Source: Tubulanus polymorphus (Eukaryota; Animalia; Nemertea). From it: 64,000 bases of DNA. Where the stretch lies: the NCBI RefSeq assembly GCF_964204645.1, contig NC_134031.1, positions 15,115,807-15,179,806 on the forward strand. Direction: 5' to 3'. The notes below the pieces were generated by a model that saw only the letters and a program-made list of their open reading frames with translations, had not been told where the DNA came from and did no database searches. This document shows, piece by piece, positions 39,337 to 51,800 of the stretch (positions are counted from its first letter, which is position 1; each line of letters opens with the position of its first letter). The position numbers were made by a program, and so were the translations under genes.

Positions 39337-40784
39337 GATTATACAATGATTCATTAGGAACTCAATCCGCGTTCGATAAAGACATGACCGATATGGTGTC
39401 ATTGTTTCTACGGAGACTGCAGCAGCCGGTTTGTTTGTTGGCGCACAACGGCGACAATTTCGAATTCCCGTTGCTGAAAACGGAATCGATGAAACACGGC
39501 GGTTTGAATCTGCCAAATCTGATGTGCGCGGACACTCTGAAACTGATGCGCAGCGTCGACAGCGCGATGGACCGCGCGCCGCACGACATCACCAATAACA
39601 ACACAAACGTCGAACGATTCAAATCGGATCTTTTAGCGATCGACGATAAATCTCTGAATGGCGCCATTCTCTGTCAACGTAACAAAAAACTGAACAATCG
39701 AAGCAGTTTGACGTCGCATGTCGTCATCGTGAATTCGAAAAGTCCGAAGAGCAACTCGACGCCGAGCGACGTGGACAGCCCCGACAGAGAGAAACACCTG
39801 ATTAAAGAGCTGTTCCCGCGGTCGACGACGGGGACCGGCGCGAAAACTCCGCCTGACTCGTCGGACGCTGGCGGCGTTAAAATTGGCGCCACCAAAACCA
39901 GCAGCGTTAAACCGTTGAAACGAAAATCGGTGATAATACAGGAATGTCTCGGAGAAATCACCGACTCGGTCGTCACGAAACGTCGGCTGTTCGATAAGAA
40001 ACTACGAAATCAAAACAAACCGGCCGGCGACCGCGAGTCGAGCGAGTCGCCGCCGGTCGACAGCGATAAATCGGTCGACGAGTCGTCGTCGGTCGACGAG
40101 TCGTCTCCGCGACAACGAGTCGACAATTCCAACAACGACGGCGGAACGACGACGACGACGAAGAAACAGTCGTCGTCGTCGCCGGTGAATAATTTACACT
40201 CGCACACGACGATACTCTACTGGCAGGATTACTTCAACGAGGAATTCTTCCGCGAGGCGCTCGAGGAGGACTTCACGACCGCAGCCGACGAGTGCGCGCG
40301 GTCCGGTAGCGCGTCGCCGGTCTCATCTCACACCGACGACCTGACCGTCGTCGAGCGCGGCTCGTCGACGTCGCCCGACGGCGCCGCCGCTGTCAAAGAC
40401 GATTCGGCGAACTGCGGACGCAGAGAAAACAATACGGCTACGGCGACGACAATGACCTGTGATCACCATAACAACGGTAAACAACGACAACATTCCAATC
40501 GGTGCAAGAATTTAAAACGCGATCATTTGAGTGGAAAACTGCTGAGCAGTCGTTTCAACAATATACCGGTGCTAGTCGTACCGCGTCCCGGTAACGTTTC
40601 GTACAGTTTAACGGAGATCTATAAACGTATGTTCGGACGGTATCCGTTGGCCGCGCACCGCGCCGAGGACGGGTGCATCGCGTTGTTGCAGATCGTACAG
40701 CAGTTGGCACCGCACGCGTGTCACTGGATCGATTCGAACGCCGCCAACTTCAACTCCATTAAACCTCTTTATAAACCCCGCTAA
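39337..40784 (+). CDS. TREX1: TREX1/TREX2-family DEDDh exonuclease homologue, coding exon 2 (terminal)
   Basis: Acceptor tttcag|39337 restores frame (G|GA): GLYNDSLGTQSAFD..QQPVCLLAHNGDNFEFPLL..CADTL..SYSLTEIYKRMFG..AHRAEDGCIALL; stop 40782-40784; spliced product 578 aa. Confidence 0.9.
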
Positions 40785-43219
40785 TAGGGGGCGGGAGGGC
40801 GCGCGCGTAGTCGCTACGTGTAGGGGGCGCTTCTATCTGAAATTGTCCAATAACTTGAACTCTTATAGCAACGAGGAAGAGTTGAAACTTCAGGTAGTAT
40901 CTCTAGGCTATTATCAGGTTTCATCTGACCAAATTATGAATATTCTAAAATACACAGTAGATGTATGTGTGTATGTATGTACTGATATTTGTGTGGTTTT
41001 AATGGGTTTATATTTTTTATTTTTCACTGGGGAAAGTGTTAGAGGTCTGTACTGAGGGTCAGTGCTAGGGCTCTGTACTGAAGGTCAGTGCTACTGAAGG
41101 TCAGTGCTACCTGGACAGTAGCTGCTTCCTTAAAGATTGAGATATAAATCATGAGATTTTTGAGTTATGTTTTTCTTAAGTATTTTTTACCAATTTTTCC
41201 TCTCTTTTGGGTGGGTGCAAATTTAGATGAGGTGGAACTTATTTGATGGTGGAGCTGGTGATTGCGAGGGCTATTGGTGCAAAGCTCCCTGCGAGGGGTT
41301 TGGGGTCCTCTCCCAAGAAAATTTTGAATATTCTAAGCGTTTTAGATGCATTTCCAGCCAATGTTAGAGAATATTTCATATAACAAAGTCATTGAAAAAT
41401 TTCTCAGACAAAGGAAAGTTGAACTGGGGATCTTGTTGTGAGGTGCATTCGCACCCCCCTGGGTACGGGCCTGAATTTGGCTGTAACTCTGAGTTGTTAT
41501 AAAGTGTTTCTTGTTTTTAATGCGTAAAATTGAAGTCAATAATACATTCAGTGTTAGTCTATAAATAATGGATAATAATAGAAGGGAGGGGAATGAGGAG
41601 GCAGAGGGGATGCGAGGAGAGGGAGTAAGGAGGAGAGGGGTGTGAGGAGTGGGAATAAGGAGGAGAGGGGTGTGAGGAGAGGGAGTAAGTTATAGGGGAA
41701 TCTATATATCTATATGATGATATAGTAAGTTCAGTAATGTTGATTGTGCTGACAGAAGTCAGTCAGTCATCGACACCTCTCACCTCGCTGCTGCTCGCTG
41801 CTCCCGAGGTTTTGTGTACCGCGCGTATATGCTGCTGCTGCGTATTTTTTTTTTTTTCATAACGAGAGTCACTGAGTGCGTTCTCTTTCTATTGCTCTGT
41901 TTGAAGTATGTCAGTCAGGTATGGTGAACATAATAATATACACGCACCGCAGCATGGCAGAGCACAACGCAGACCTGATCTAATAGAGACTACCTACGCA
42001 GAGACCTAACCCGATGAACTACCCAGAGACATGCCTACGCAGAGACCTAACCCAATGGATTACCTTACGGAGACCTGCCTACCTAGAGACCTATCCAATA
42101 GAGACCTACCCAACTTAGTATTGAAATACAATTGTTGTTTATTTTAGCTTTTATGTATAGTTACCAATCAAGATACATTTTACAATAGTTTCTGGTCGTG
42201 GTTTAGATGTTTCTGTTCAGCAGTTTACACGGTCAGCCCAGTTAAACGGATGGAAATTCCCAAAATTTCAGTGTATTTTTCGTAGTTTGTTTGATATTAA
42301 GCTGTTCTCTGTGTATGGTTGGTATCTATAGTAATATTGTATATTGTGATAAATATTTTTGTGATAAGTGATTTTGATATCGGTTGTTTTTTTCTTCAAT
42401 CTTTCTCAAGGGGCAGGATCATTCTCTAAGGGGGGGGGGGGTAGTTTGTGTTGGGATGATTCTCTGGGGGTGGGAGGGCGGTGTAGTTTGTATTGGGAAT
42501 ATTTGGTGATTTTGTTTTCAAATGTTTCCCATGTCCATTATAAGCGGCGGCCAGTATACATATTGATAAACTAAAACATGATGTGCTTTATATGTATTTG
42601 TAATATGTGTACGTTGTACAGTGCCTTTCAATGGTAAGACAGAATTATTTTACCTCGGGGCGGGGGGGGGGGGGAGGGAATCCACTGTAAGTACTGTGCC
42701 TGGAGTTAATACTGTAATCAGTATAAAAGTATTTAGAATAGTTCCAGCTCATGTTGATGCCGTTATTCACTGACCCTGTCAGAATGAATGTCTTAGTGTC
42801 AGTGCCAGGATGGTCAGAGTGTCAGTGCCAGGATGGTCAGAGTGTCAGTACCAGGATGGTCAGAGTGTCAGTACCAGGAGGGTCGGAGTGTCGGGCCTGG
42901 AGGGTGAGTGTTCGGCCTGAAGGGCCAGGGTGTCAGATCAGGAGAGTCGGTCAGTTTCTATGCCACCATTTTGTACTTGTTGTCACATGAGAATTCTCAG
43001 AAAATGAAAGTTTACAATTACCGTGGTTATTACCTCAGGTGTATTAATTAGTCACGTCATTAAGGTGTTGTTGTAATTAAAGCTTGTGACTGATACTCTG
43101 AGGGAAAGTCACCTTGCTTTATTACATATTCTTTAGTTTAACTTAGTTACAACGAGTGTAAAATGAAGGAATTAATTTCATTCAGTTAATTCGTGTTTTC
43201 ATTATGTAAATTTCTTTTT

Positions 43220-44107
43220 CCTGCTCCCTCCCTGCGGTGTTGTGTGAAGGGGAGGGTGTTACACTCCCTCCTCCCTGCGGTGTAGTGTGAAGGGAAGGGT
43301 GTTACACTCCCTCCTCCCTGTGTGTAGTGTGAAGGGGAGGGCGTTACACTCCCTCCTCCCTGTGTGTAGTGTGAAGGGTAGGGTGTTGCACTCCTTCCTC
43401 CCTGTGTGTAGTGTGAAGGTGAGGGAGTTACACTCCCTCCTCCCTGTGTGTAGTGTGAAGGGGAAGGTGTTACACTCCCTCCTCCCTGTGTGTAGTGTGA
43501 AGGGGAGGGCGTTACACTCCCTCCTCCCTGTGTGTAGTGTGAAAGTGAGGGAGTTACACTCCCTCCTCCCTGTGTGTAGTGTGAAGGGGAGGGCGTTACA
43601 CTCCCTCCTCCCTGTGTGTAGTGTGAAGGGGAGGGCGTTACACTCCCTCCTCCCTGCGATGTAGTGTGAAGGGGAGGCTGTTGCTCTCCCTCCTCCCTGC
43701 GGTGTAGTGTGAAGGGTGTTACACTCCATCATCCCTGCGGTGTAGTGTGAAGGGGAGGCTGTTACACTCCCTCCTCCCTGTGTGTAGTGTGAAGGGGAGG
43801 GCGTTACACTCCCTCCTCCCTGCGGCGTAGTGTGAAGGGGAAGGTGTTACACTCCCTCCTCCCTGCGGTGTAGTGTGAAGGGGAAGGAGTTACACTCCAT
43901 CCTCCCTCCGGTGTTGTGTGAAGGAGAAGGTGTTACACTCCCTCCTCCCTGTGTGTAGTGTGAAGGGGAGGGCGTTACACTCCCTCCTCCCTGTGTGTAG
44001 TGTGAAGGGTAGGGTGTTGCACTCCCTCCTCCCTGCGGTGTAGTGTGAAGGGGAGGCTGTTACACTCCCTCCTCCCTGTGAGGTAGTGTGAAGGGGAGGC
44101 TGTTACA
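43220..44107. repeat. ~42-bp minisatellite, about 21 copies
   Basis: Unit ctccctcctccctgtgtgtagtgtgaaggggagggcgttaca. Confidence 0.95.
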
Positions 44108-46450
44108 ATTCAAACAGGTTCAATTAGATACATTCACTGTGTAAACCTCTCTTTCCTCTGGCAACAAAATTTTGTCCTCAAAAAGAAATTACCTTTTTAT
44201 TTTGCACCTACAACAATAAAGTTGATTGTCACCGCGGGGTCAAGAGAAGAGGTCGAGATGCGGTCGGTGGTCGGGGTTTATCGAGATCAATTTCCGTGAA
44301 ATTTGATCCGCTAGTTGTCGTCGTTAGAAACCGCTAGTTGTCATCGATAGAAACGGGTTTCGAAACGTACTTTAGATTGTGTTGTTGTAAATTCCTCGAA
44401 TACTCGGATCATTGTTTTCGTTGATTTCAACCAGTGTTACGCTAACGCCAACTGTTCGAGCACCTATTGACACTCTCGCACATATCCCCCACTACTGGCG
44501 TGAAAAACAACCGCGGGCATCCGTACTTTATATGTAATGTCAAGGTCATTTTTACGCTATGACAATTAAATTGAAGATCAGGCGTTCTCTTATGTAAGAT
44601 AAAAATTCAGTCTAATTTCTATCTTTGTTACCTATTTTCGTTTCTGCAAATTTCGACGAGTTCTTAGAATTTATAGTTTATTATTGTGTATAGAATTCAA
44701 AAGCATTTTTTCACATTATTTTGTATGTACATTTTCAGGGATGCGGAACCTAAATATCGGGTCCCTCGGACATTCTTTCTCTCACTCTTACGAGTGTATT
44801 TTAATCATTGGTTTTACCATTATATCGATCCCCCTTTCTCCACTTATTGAACCCCCTCCCTAAACCCCCTCCTCTCCCCTTATTGATCGCTTCCCGCCAG
44901 ACTATTATATCCTTGAAATACACAAAGCCATTGCGACATGGTCCAAATCGATACATTTTTTTTATTTTGTCATCCGACATTATTCAATTCTGGAGGGGTT
45001 CACTGTACTCGAATGTAATCAAACAGCTTTGATTCACACCATATACCCGGTAGACCCTGCTGTTTGACTAGGCACTCCGCGCTTAGACCCAAAAGTTACA
45101 TTTTAAGGGTGAGTTTATTTATTTGTAATGATGTTAATTATGAACGGTAGTAGTGCCATGACTGTGTGTGTGTGTGAATGCATTAAATACTAAAAACTGC
45201 TTTTGTGTGATAAAAATATGCATGTTCATTAATTAATCACTGTTTTATTGTAAACATTGATGATGCTACCGGGCTATGGGGTCATTCATTTATTACGTAC
45301 GCATTAGGGGAGGGGGAGGGGTAAGTGCAATTGCAATTGCGTACTGTAATGCTTAATGTATACGAAAAAATGGCCGATTTTGCGTACAGAGGGGGAGGGG
45401 GGTTGAAAAATTCAAATTTTATGCGTACGTAATTAATGAATGATCCCTATCTAGTTAGTACAGTGAGGGAGAGGGACTGGTGTAGAAGGCTCCATGTAGT
45501 GAGAAGGGGCTGGTGAGGGGGCTAGAGGTAGTGAGAAGGGGCTGGTGAGGGGGGCGGCTAGAGGTAGTGAGAAAGGGCTGGTGAGGGGGGGGGGCGGCTA
45601 GAGGTAGTGAGAGGGGGCTGGTGAGGGGGGCTAGAGGTAGTGAGAGTAAGTGAGAGGGGGCTAGTAAGGGGGCTCGAGGCCGTGAGGCGATAATTGATAT
45701 CTGTTTGGCGATAATTATGATGTACATATATATATGTATAAGTATGTGTATATTGGATAAAGAAGTTGTACAGTGTATATACAGTGTACAGTGTTACTCA
45801 CATTGTAAATATACATGTACGTGTTGTGTATTTATTTACTGAGGTGTATTGGGATCGTGTATTGGGTCGCTTGGGTGGAGCAGACAGCTACTCTGAGAAG
45901 GGGAGGGGAGTAAGGGGATACTGTGCAATTTAAAGTGGATTCTCTTGGTGAAAGCATGGACTCTAAGTCCGGACTCTAAGTCCATGGTGAAAGTAGGCGC
46001 CACTTCTCAGTAGTTACTGTGGTAGTTGCTCTAGTAATTGATAGATTTAATCCAGACTAAGTTAACCCCCCCTACCCCGGCCCCTGATGATATTTGCCTC
46101 CAAATTCATGAATTTATGTTTAGAAAATATGTTATATGTGCTTGTATATGAAAATGTTGCTATAAAGGACGGCCTGCAGTTTCACGATCACATGGTTTGA
46201 TTTAGAATTATGTAAAATAAGTTGACAATGTTTGTTGTGAGTCAGTGTGAAACTGGGTCAGTCCAAATGTAGACCGCTTTCCTACATTGTATTATTATAT
46301 AAAATAATTAAATTGAAAACAATAATTTTTTTGTAGTATTAGGTTATCATGGATATATCTTTATTGTTTTAGGGGGATGAAATATTTTGTTGCAAACGTT
46401 TTGAAAACAAATGCAATATTTTACCTTCCTGGTAGAAGCAAATAATGGGG

Positions 46451-46491
<41 letters not shown>

Positions 46492-46524
46492 CATTATTAC
46501 TATTATTATTATTATTATTATTAT
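46451..46524. repeat. (ATT)n microsatellite
   Basis: Directly visible. Confidence 0.95.
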
Positions 46525-46657
46525 GTGCACTTCATAGATAGTGAAACTGATCACCTGTCATGCAATGATAAGAATATGGTGAATCTCTCTTGAAATTTAA
46601 AAGGATAAATTATTTAAAAAGATGATAAAATAATCTTTGTAATAATGTTGTTACTGA

Positions 46658-46663
46658 AATAAA
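46658..46663 (+). terminator. Candidate distal polyadenylation signal of the TREX-like gene
   Basis: AATAAA followed by GT-rich gtttagtgttgttattt near 46702; another AATAAA at 44215. Confidence 0.3.
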
Positions 46664-46804
46664 GTATGACCATCTTAATCTTTCTAAAGTTAAAAGAGTC
46701 AGTTTAGTGTTGTTATTTACGAGGATACCAACTCGGACTTGGTTCTTGTCAGTATTTTGAGGATACGAACAGGAGGACATAGACTTGGTTCTTTCTTGTC
46801 AGTA

Positions 46805-47013
46805 CAGTATAACTCGTTTAATTCTGATCAGTTTTATTCGAATTTTCGATTATTTCTGACTAGAATTACAGTCTCCTCTAGGTTATTCCTATTTAAACAA
46901 ATGAGAGCACATAATTCGTGTTTCTGACAAATATTTTCCAGTCCCAGATGATCCGAATTAAGCAAAGAACTATAACGGAAGTTATAGTTCTATGAATTAA
47001 GGGAGTTCTACTG
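46805..47013. mobile_element. Tc1/mariner-type MITE with TA TSD
   Basis: TA|cagtataactcgtttaatt ... aattaagggagttctactg|TA; interrupts a degenerate tandem repeat at 46720-47265. Confidence 0.7.
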
Positions 47014-48589
47014 TATTTTCAGCATACTAACAGAGGACTTAGACTTGGTTCTAGTTATTTGAGAGTGTCATCAGTGGACTTGGAATAAGTTCGTGTAATT
47101 TGAGGACACCAACAATTAGGACTTGGACTCATTGTTCGAGGATCAGAGGACTTTGGCTTGGACCAGTTTCTTGTTAATATTTTGAGGATACTAAACACAG
47201 CACTCGGGCACGAACCTGGTTCTCGCCATCGTTTTGAGGATCATACTAACAGGGACCCTAGACCTCAATATTTAAAAAAAACATATAATTATAGGATTCG
47301 AACCGAGACGAAGCAGTCGCGCGTGAAGGAAGTTAGAAAATGCCAATCTGGTTCGAATCCCGCATTTAATGCACTTAAATTATTCATACACATTTGCATA
47401 TCGCATTAAACGCGCATTAGTCACCCCACACATATCCTGTTGTAATGCATCATTTATAAATCGGTATCAAACAATTATTTATTATTTTTCTAGCGAGATG
47501 ACGTGCACTGGCTGCGGTGGGGTCGTTGCGTGCACCCGCCACGACCATACATAGCACCCCCCATTTTTCTGAAAGGCAAGTCAACTGACTGACATTCCGC
47601 AACATTTTTTCTCTATTTGCTGAAGGTGGTTGTTTGATGTAAGCGGCGGCGGCGGCAGGCATGGCAGTCTCTTTCTTCGTTTTTGCGTTCACCCAGTAAT
47701 TTTCGTTGATTTGTGGATAACCGATTTTTGCGGCGGTCACGATGATGCGCGCGCACCTCTAGTGCTGCGTTGATGGAATGTAGGGTTAATGGGTACAGTG
47801 GTTTCCTGCTGTACCGCGGGTCCCATTTGGTCAGACGTTTAAACTTTTAAACCTAACAATTTTTCTAATTAATGGAATTTTCCAGTTCAATAAGAACACA
47901 GCGGTTAGCTAGTGTAACGCCCGTCTCTCCGTACGCCCACGGTGCAGCTGTGGCCAATAAAATTAAAACTATCCAAATTGATTTCTTGATTTTGTTTTCA
48001 ATTGATCGCGCGGCAGGATCTAGGAATTCAAAACGTGTTTATGAAAGAATCCACTGGATCTTGGCTCCTGACACTGTCGACTGCTGTGTACTGTGACCAT
48101 ACCGAACACAGTTGAGAACCTCGTGTGTTTAATTTGAATCCGGGCCCAGATAAACGTCGTTAAATTTGTCGTCTCTCGTAGGAACTGAACTGATTGTGTG
48201 GCCTGAGACGAAATTGGATGTAGAGTTCGGTGCCGCGACCGCGGGGCGCGTTATCTGAAAGGATTCATGCAACCAACTTGAGATGAGATTGTAAGGACCC
48301 ACGCATGCGTGAAGGAACAATTTCTTTCGATTTATCGACTTGGGAATCTATTTTTACACTCTAACCACCGTTTGCAGGTACATGGAGGCATGCAAACTAT
48401 ACTTACTGATGTACAAATATTCACAAAACAACACTAAAGCCCAACGCACACGGCACCGAAATTTTTTAGCGCTAAAAATTTATAGAATAAAAACATAACA
48501 AAATCGATAACGAATTATATATAAAGTAATAAGATAAAAACCCACTTATGTACAAATTAAAATAGTTTTTAAATCGAGAATTTATCTAT

Positions 48590-48890
48590 TCAAAAAATCT
48601 AAAATGAAATACGGGTACGCGACGTTTCGATCTCACCCTAGAGATCATCGTCAGGATAACACCTGGGGCCGGTTCCATAGACAGGGCTTAGACTTAAGAC
48701 CGGCCTAAGACAAACTTAGTTGTAGCCAATCTAACAACTTAAGACCAGTCTTAAGGTTTAAGACCACTTTTGGTCTTGAGTCTTGACTATGGAACCGGCC
48801 CCTGGCGATGATCTCTAGGGTATGATCGAAACGTCGTGTATTATACATATACAAGTTCATTGTAGGATTTTTTAGAATATCAAGATTGCA
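48590..48890. mobile_element. Inverted pair of Penelope-like terminal fragments with hammerhead-like cores
   Basis: Minus 48654-48621 CTGACGA-tGATCTCtagggtGAGATC-GAAACGTC; plus 48802-48835 CTGGCGA-tGATC..GATC-GAAACGTC; outer flanks also similar in inverted orientation. Confidence 0.55.
48666..48801. mobile_element. PIF/Harbinger-like MITE with CTG TSD
   Basis: Perfect 15-bp TIR GGGCCGGTTCCATAG / CTATGGAACCGGCCC, CTG on both sides. Confidence 0.85.
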
Positions 48891-51800
48891 AGAAGAGATC
48901 AAATTCAAAATAATTTGGCGGATTTCATTCAGTAGATTGCAATTAGAAATAAAATGTAATTATTGATTTACACCCATCACTCCCCCTAGTAGTGACACGC
49001 TTGGTTGGCTTGCCTCAGGCTATCCCATGTGTTAGCACCTCGGAGGCACAGACTCAATATCTGGGGTGCTACTTGTTGAACAGCCGGATCCAACACGTGA
49101 CCGTGAACGATCCAATCTCACACCGGCGGCGGTGCGCGCGCAGTTTCACTACTTCCTGCTTCATTTTCATAGCTCTCGTCACGTGTCTCGTGTCTTGTCA
49201 CGTGTCTCGTGTCGTCGGGCTCGGCGACTGAGAGAAAGTTGAACGGGTGCTGTTTTATTGAGCAGAACTCCACTGTTCTGTATTTAGACTACGTACGGTC
49301 CCTTTGTCGTGACAAGGTAACGACCGGACCCGGGCGGCGGTTGTGACAAGGTGATGCCCAGGTTCAGCGCGGCGGTTGTCGTGACGAGGTGACACTTTTT
49401 CCGGCCGACCGGTTTTCTTTGGATTTCACACTTTATTGTTTTCATTTTCCTCCGACTGAGCTAAAAATTCGGGCTTCTGGGTGGTCGGAAATATTCGGCC
49501 TTTGATCTTATCGGCAAATTCAAAATATTTTTCATGGCTTCAAGTAAATACATGTACCGGTCTGAAAACGAATACAAATGTGAAGCGCGGCCTGACACTA
49601 TTTGGAGTATTGAATGTCTCGATGGTGCACTTACAAACTGAGAGAGTTGAGAGAGTTAATGGTTCCAGGTTGTGAATGTGCAGGGTCCAGGTTGAGGGGG
49701 TAAGTTCTAGTATTGGGGTATTTACGCCGATCCACAGTGAGACATGTTCGAACAACTATGGACTCTTTCGTTTGAGAGTCCATCTAACAACCAGTACTAA
49801 GTATCTTTATTTATACTTACTTTACTTTATTCGACAAACTCTTGGTCTTAATACAAAGACAATTTGAGTGATACAGTACATAAAATAGATACATTAAATC
49901 TGACGTGCAGTCGGTAGATACCTAATTAAATATTGATTTACATGTATATGCGAGCTGTTTCTAGGGAATCAAGTGAAAAATCTCACCACAGTTTACGAAG
50001 TTCGGCTCTGTCTTTGGTTTGCGTTAATAACTTATGTTTGAAAAGGTTGGGGTTCGTAAAAAATCTTCTGTCCAGATATAATTCCCTACTATCACTGAAA
50101 TATGTACAGTTGAAAAGATAGTGAAATTCGACACTTGGACCAAAACAACGAAATATTGAACGCTGTTTCTATCGGGAATATTCTCGTTAGAAGGCCAGCC
50201 CTCACGACCACGGTACAGACCTATCTCATGGCTCGTCATCTCAACAAATTATCTTTTATCCCTGCCGGTGTTGAAGCGAGTATCGTGGATGAAAACGCCC
50301 TTGTTCTCACTCTTCATTGGTTCGACTCTCTCTCACTGTGGTGATAAAAAATAGATTCACACCAAGGAATTATAGCTGATTCACTAACCAACTGACTGAC
50401 ACGCACAAAATAAAAATCTCCTATTCCTCTGTTTTATTGCCTTTCACATGGAAAAGAGTGCAAAGCAATAAAGTTAATAATTACCCGCCTCGTACTCAGT
50501 TTGTGAGTCAGCCTGTAATAATATGTATTGTTCATTTCAGATTAACCGCCCTAAAACTATTCAATGCAATCCTTTTTTTTAAATTATTACGAAATATCTC
50601 TCACAAGTATTTTTTCCATATTTCATACGGATTTTGTCGGTTTTAAACCCTGACGAAAAAAATTGAGAATCATAATTGCACCCGATGACATGGTGGTTTA
50701 CCGGTGCAGTGGATCAGAATGTCTGAAAAAATAAGTCCCCATAGACTGATAGATAATAATATTGCACTCTACCGATGGGTGGAATTTAATGTGGCTATAA
50801 ATCATGCCTCCGCTTGAGGAACCCACTCGGATGGGTTCGAACCCTCGGAGAGCGGTTGCAGAATAGAACTGGTCGAGTAGGAGTACGCGCAATAGGGGAG
50901 AGTCAATAAATAGTTAGCTGGTGGGGCCCTGAAATTGGGGAATTATTTTCGCTGATTTCTATTAGTTTTGTAGCCATTTACGATATGTAACTAGCGTAAT
51001 GGTTCTAACGACAACAACGCGGCTCTTGCTCGGCGAGCGAGCGAGTGCTAAAAACTTGAAATAATGTCAGTCAAGTATCAATTGAATAGTAGAACAGGTG
51101 TCCTGGTGATTATTATTATTATATATACATATTACTATAGAGACAGCGTGACAATAGGAACTGTCACAGCTGATCTCACAAGAGTTCATCGTGGTCAAAA
51201 TCACTTCAAACTAAAACAATCCATGGGTGGGATCTATTCCGCAGTTTTAGATTTCAGTCAGAGATATAAAATGTTTAAAAAGTGTCCCAGTTTTCATTCA
51301 CATTCGTTTTAAAAACCAGGCAACCGCTATGCAGGTCCAGACAGCCAGTCGCGCTCTGGTTTCAAAAACACCGCTACATTATGCACGCGATAGAAATAAT
51401 TAAAAGATACGTATCAGAAAATTTCTTTCTCTTTTAATGAATAGTTGATTTCGACACGTCTGGTCCTACGAGCCACAGTTACGTACAGTTCTATAAGTTA
51501 CATATCCAAAACTAAATTCGTCCATGATTTTCCTCCGCTGCGCTTCACACAATTCTCTTCAGAAGATTTTTACTCCACGAATTTGAACCCAGAAAAAAAC
51601 TGATAATTGATGTAGGCGGACGATTCTTTTCTCTAATAATTTCAGAAATTGATTTCCGATCACACGAGCACCAAGTCACCTTTCAAAAACAAAAAAAAAG
51701 TGAATGCACCACCACCACCAGTGCAGCAGTAGAGCGTAGAACGCGGCGTGCTCTATGCAATATCTCAAGTAGCTTCACCAGGTATCTTTATTGTGTCAGA

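Noticed and set aside
39247-40207. Antisense ORFs over TREX exon 2
   Set aside because: Shadow ORFs of GC-rich coding sequence with no recognisable motifs.
43259-43732. Cys/His-containing repeat ORFs resembling zinc fingers
   Set aside because: Translation of the 42-bp minisatellite; spacing does not fit C2H2 fingers.
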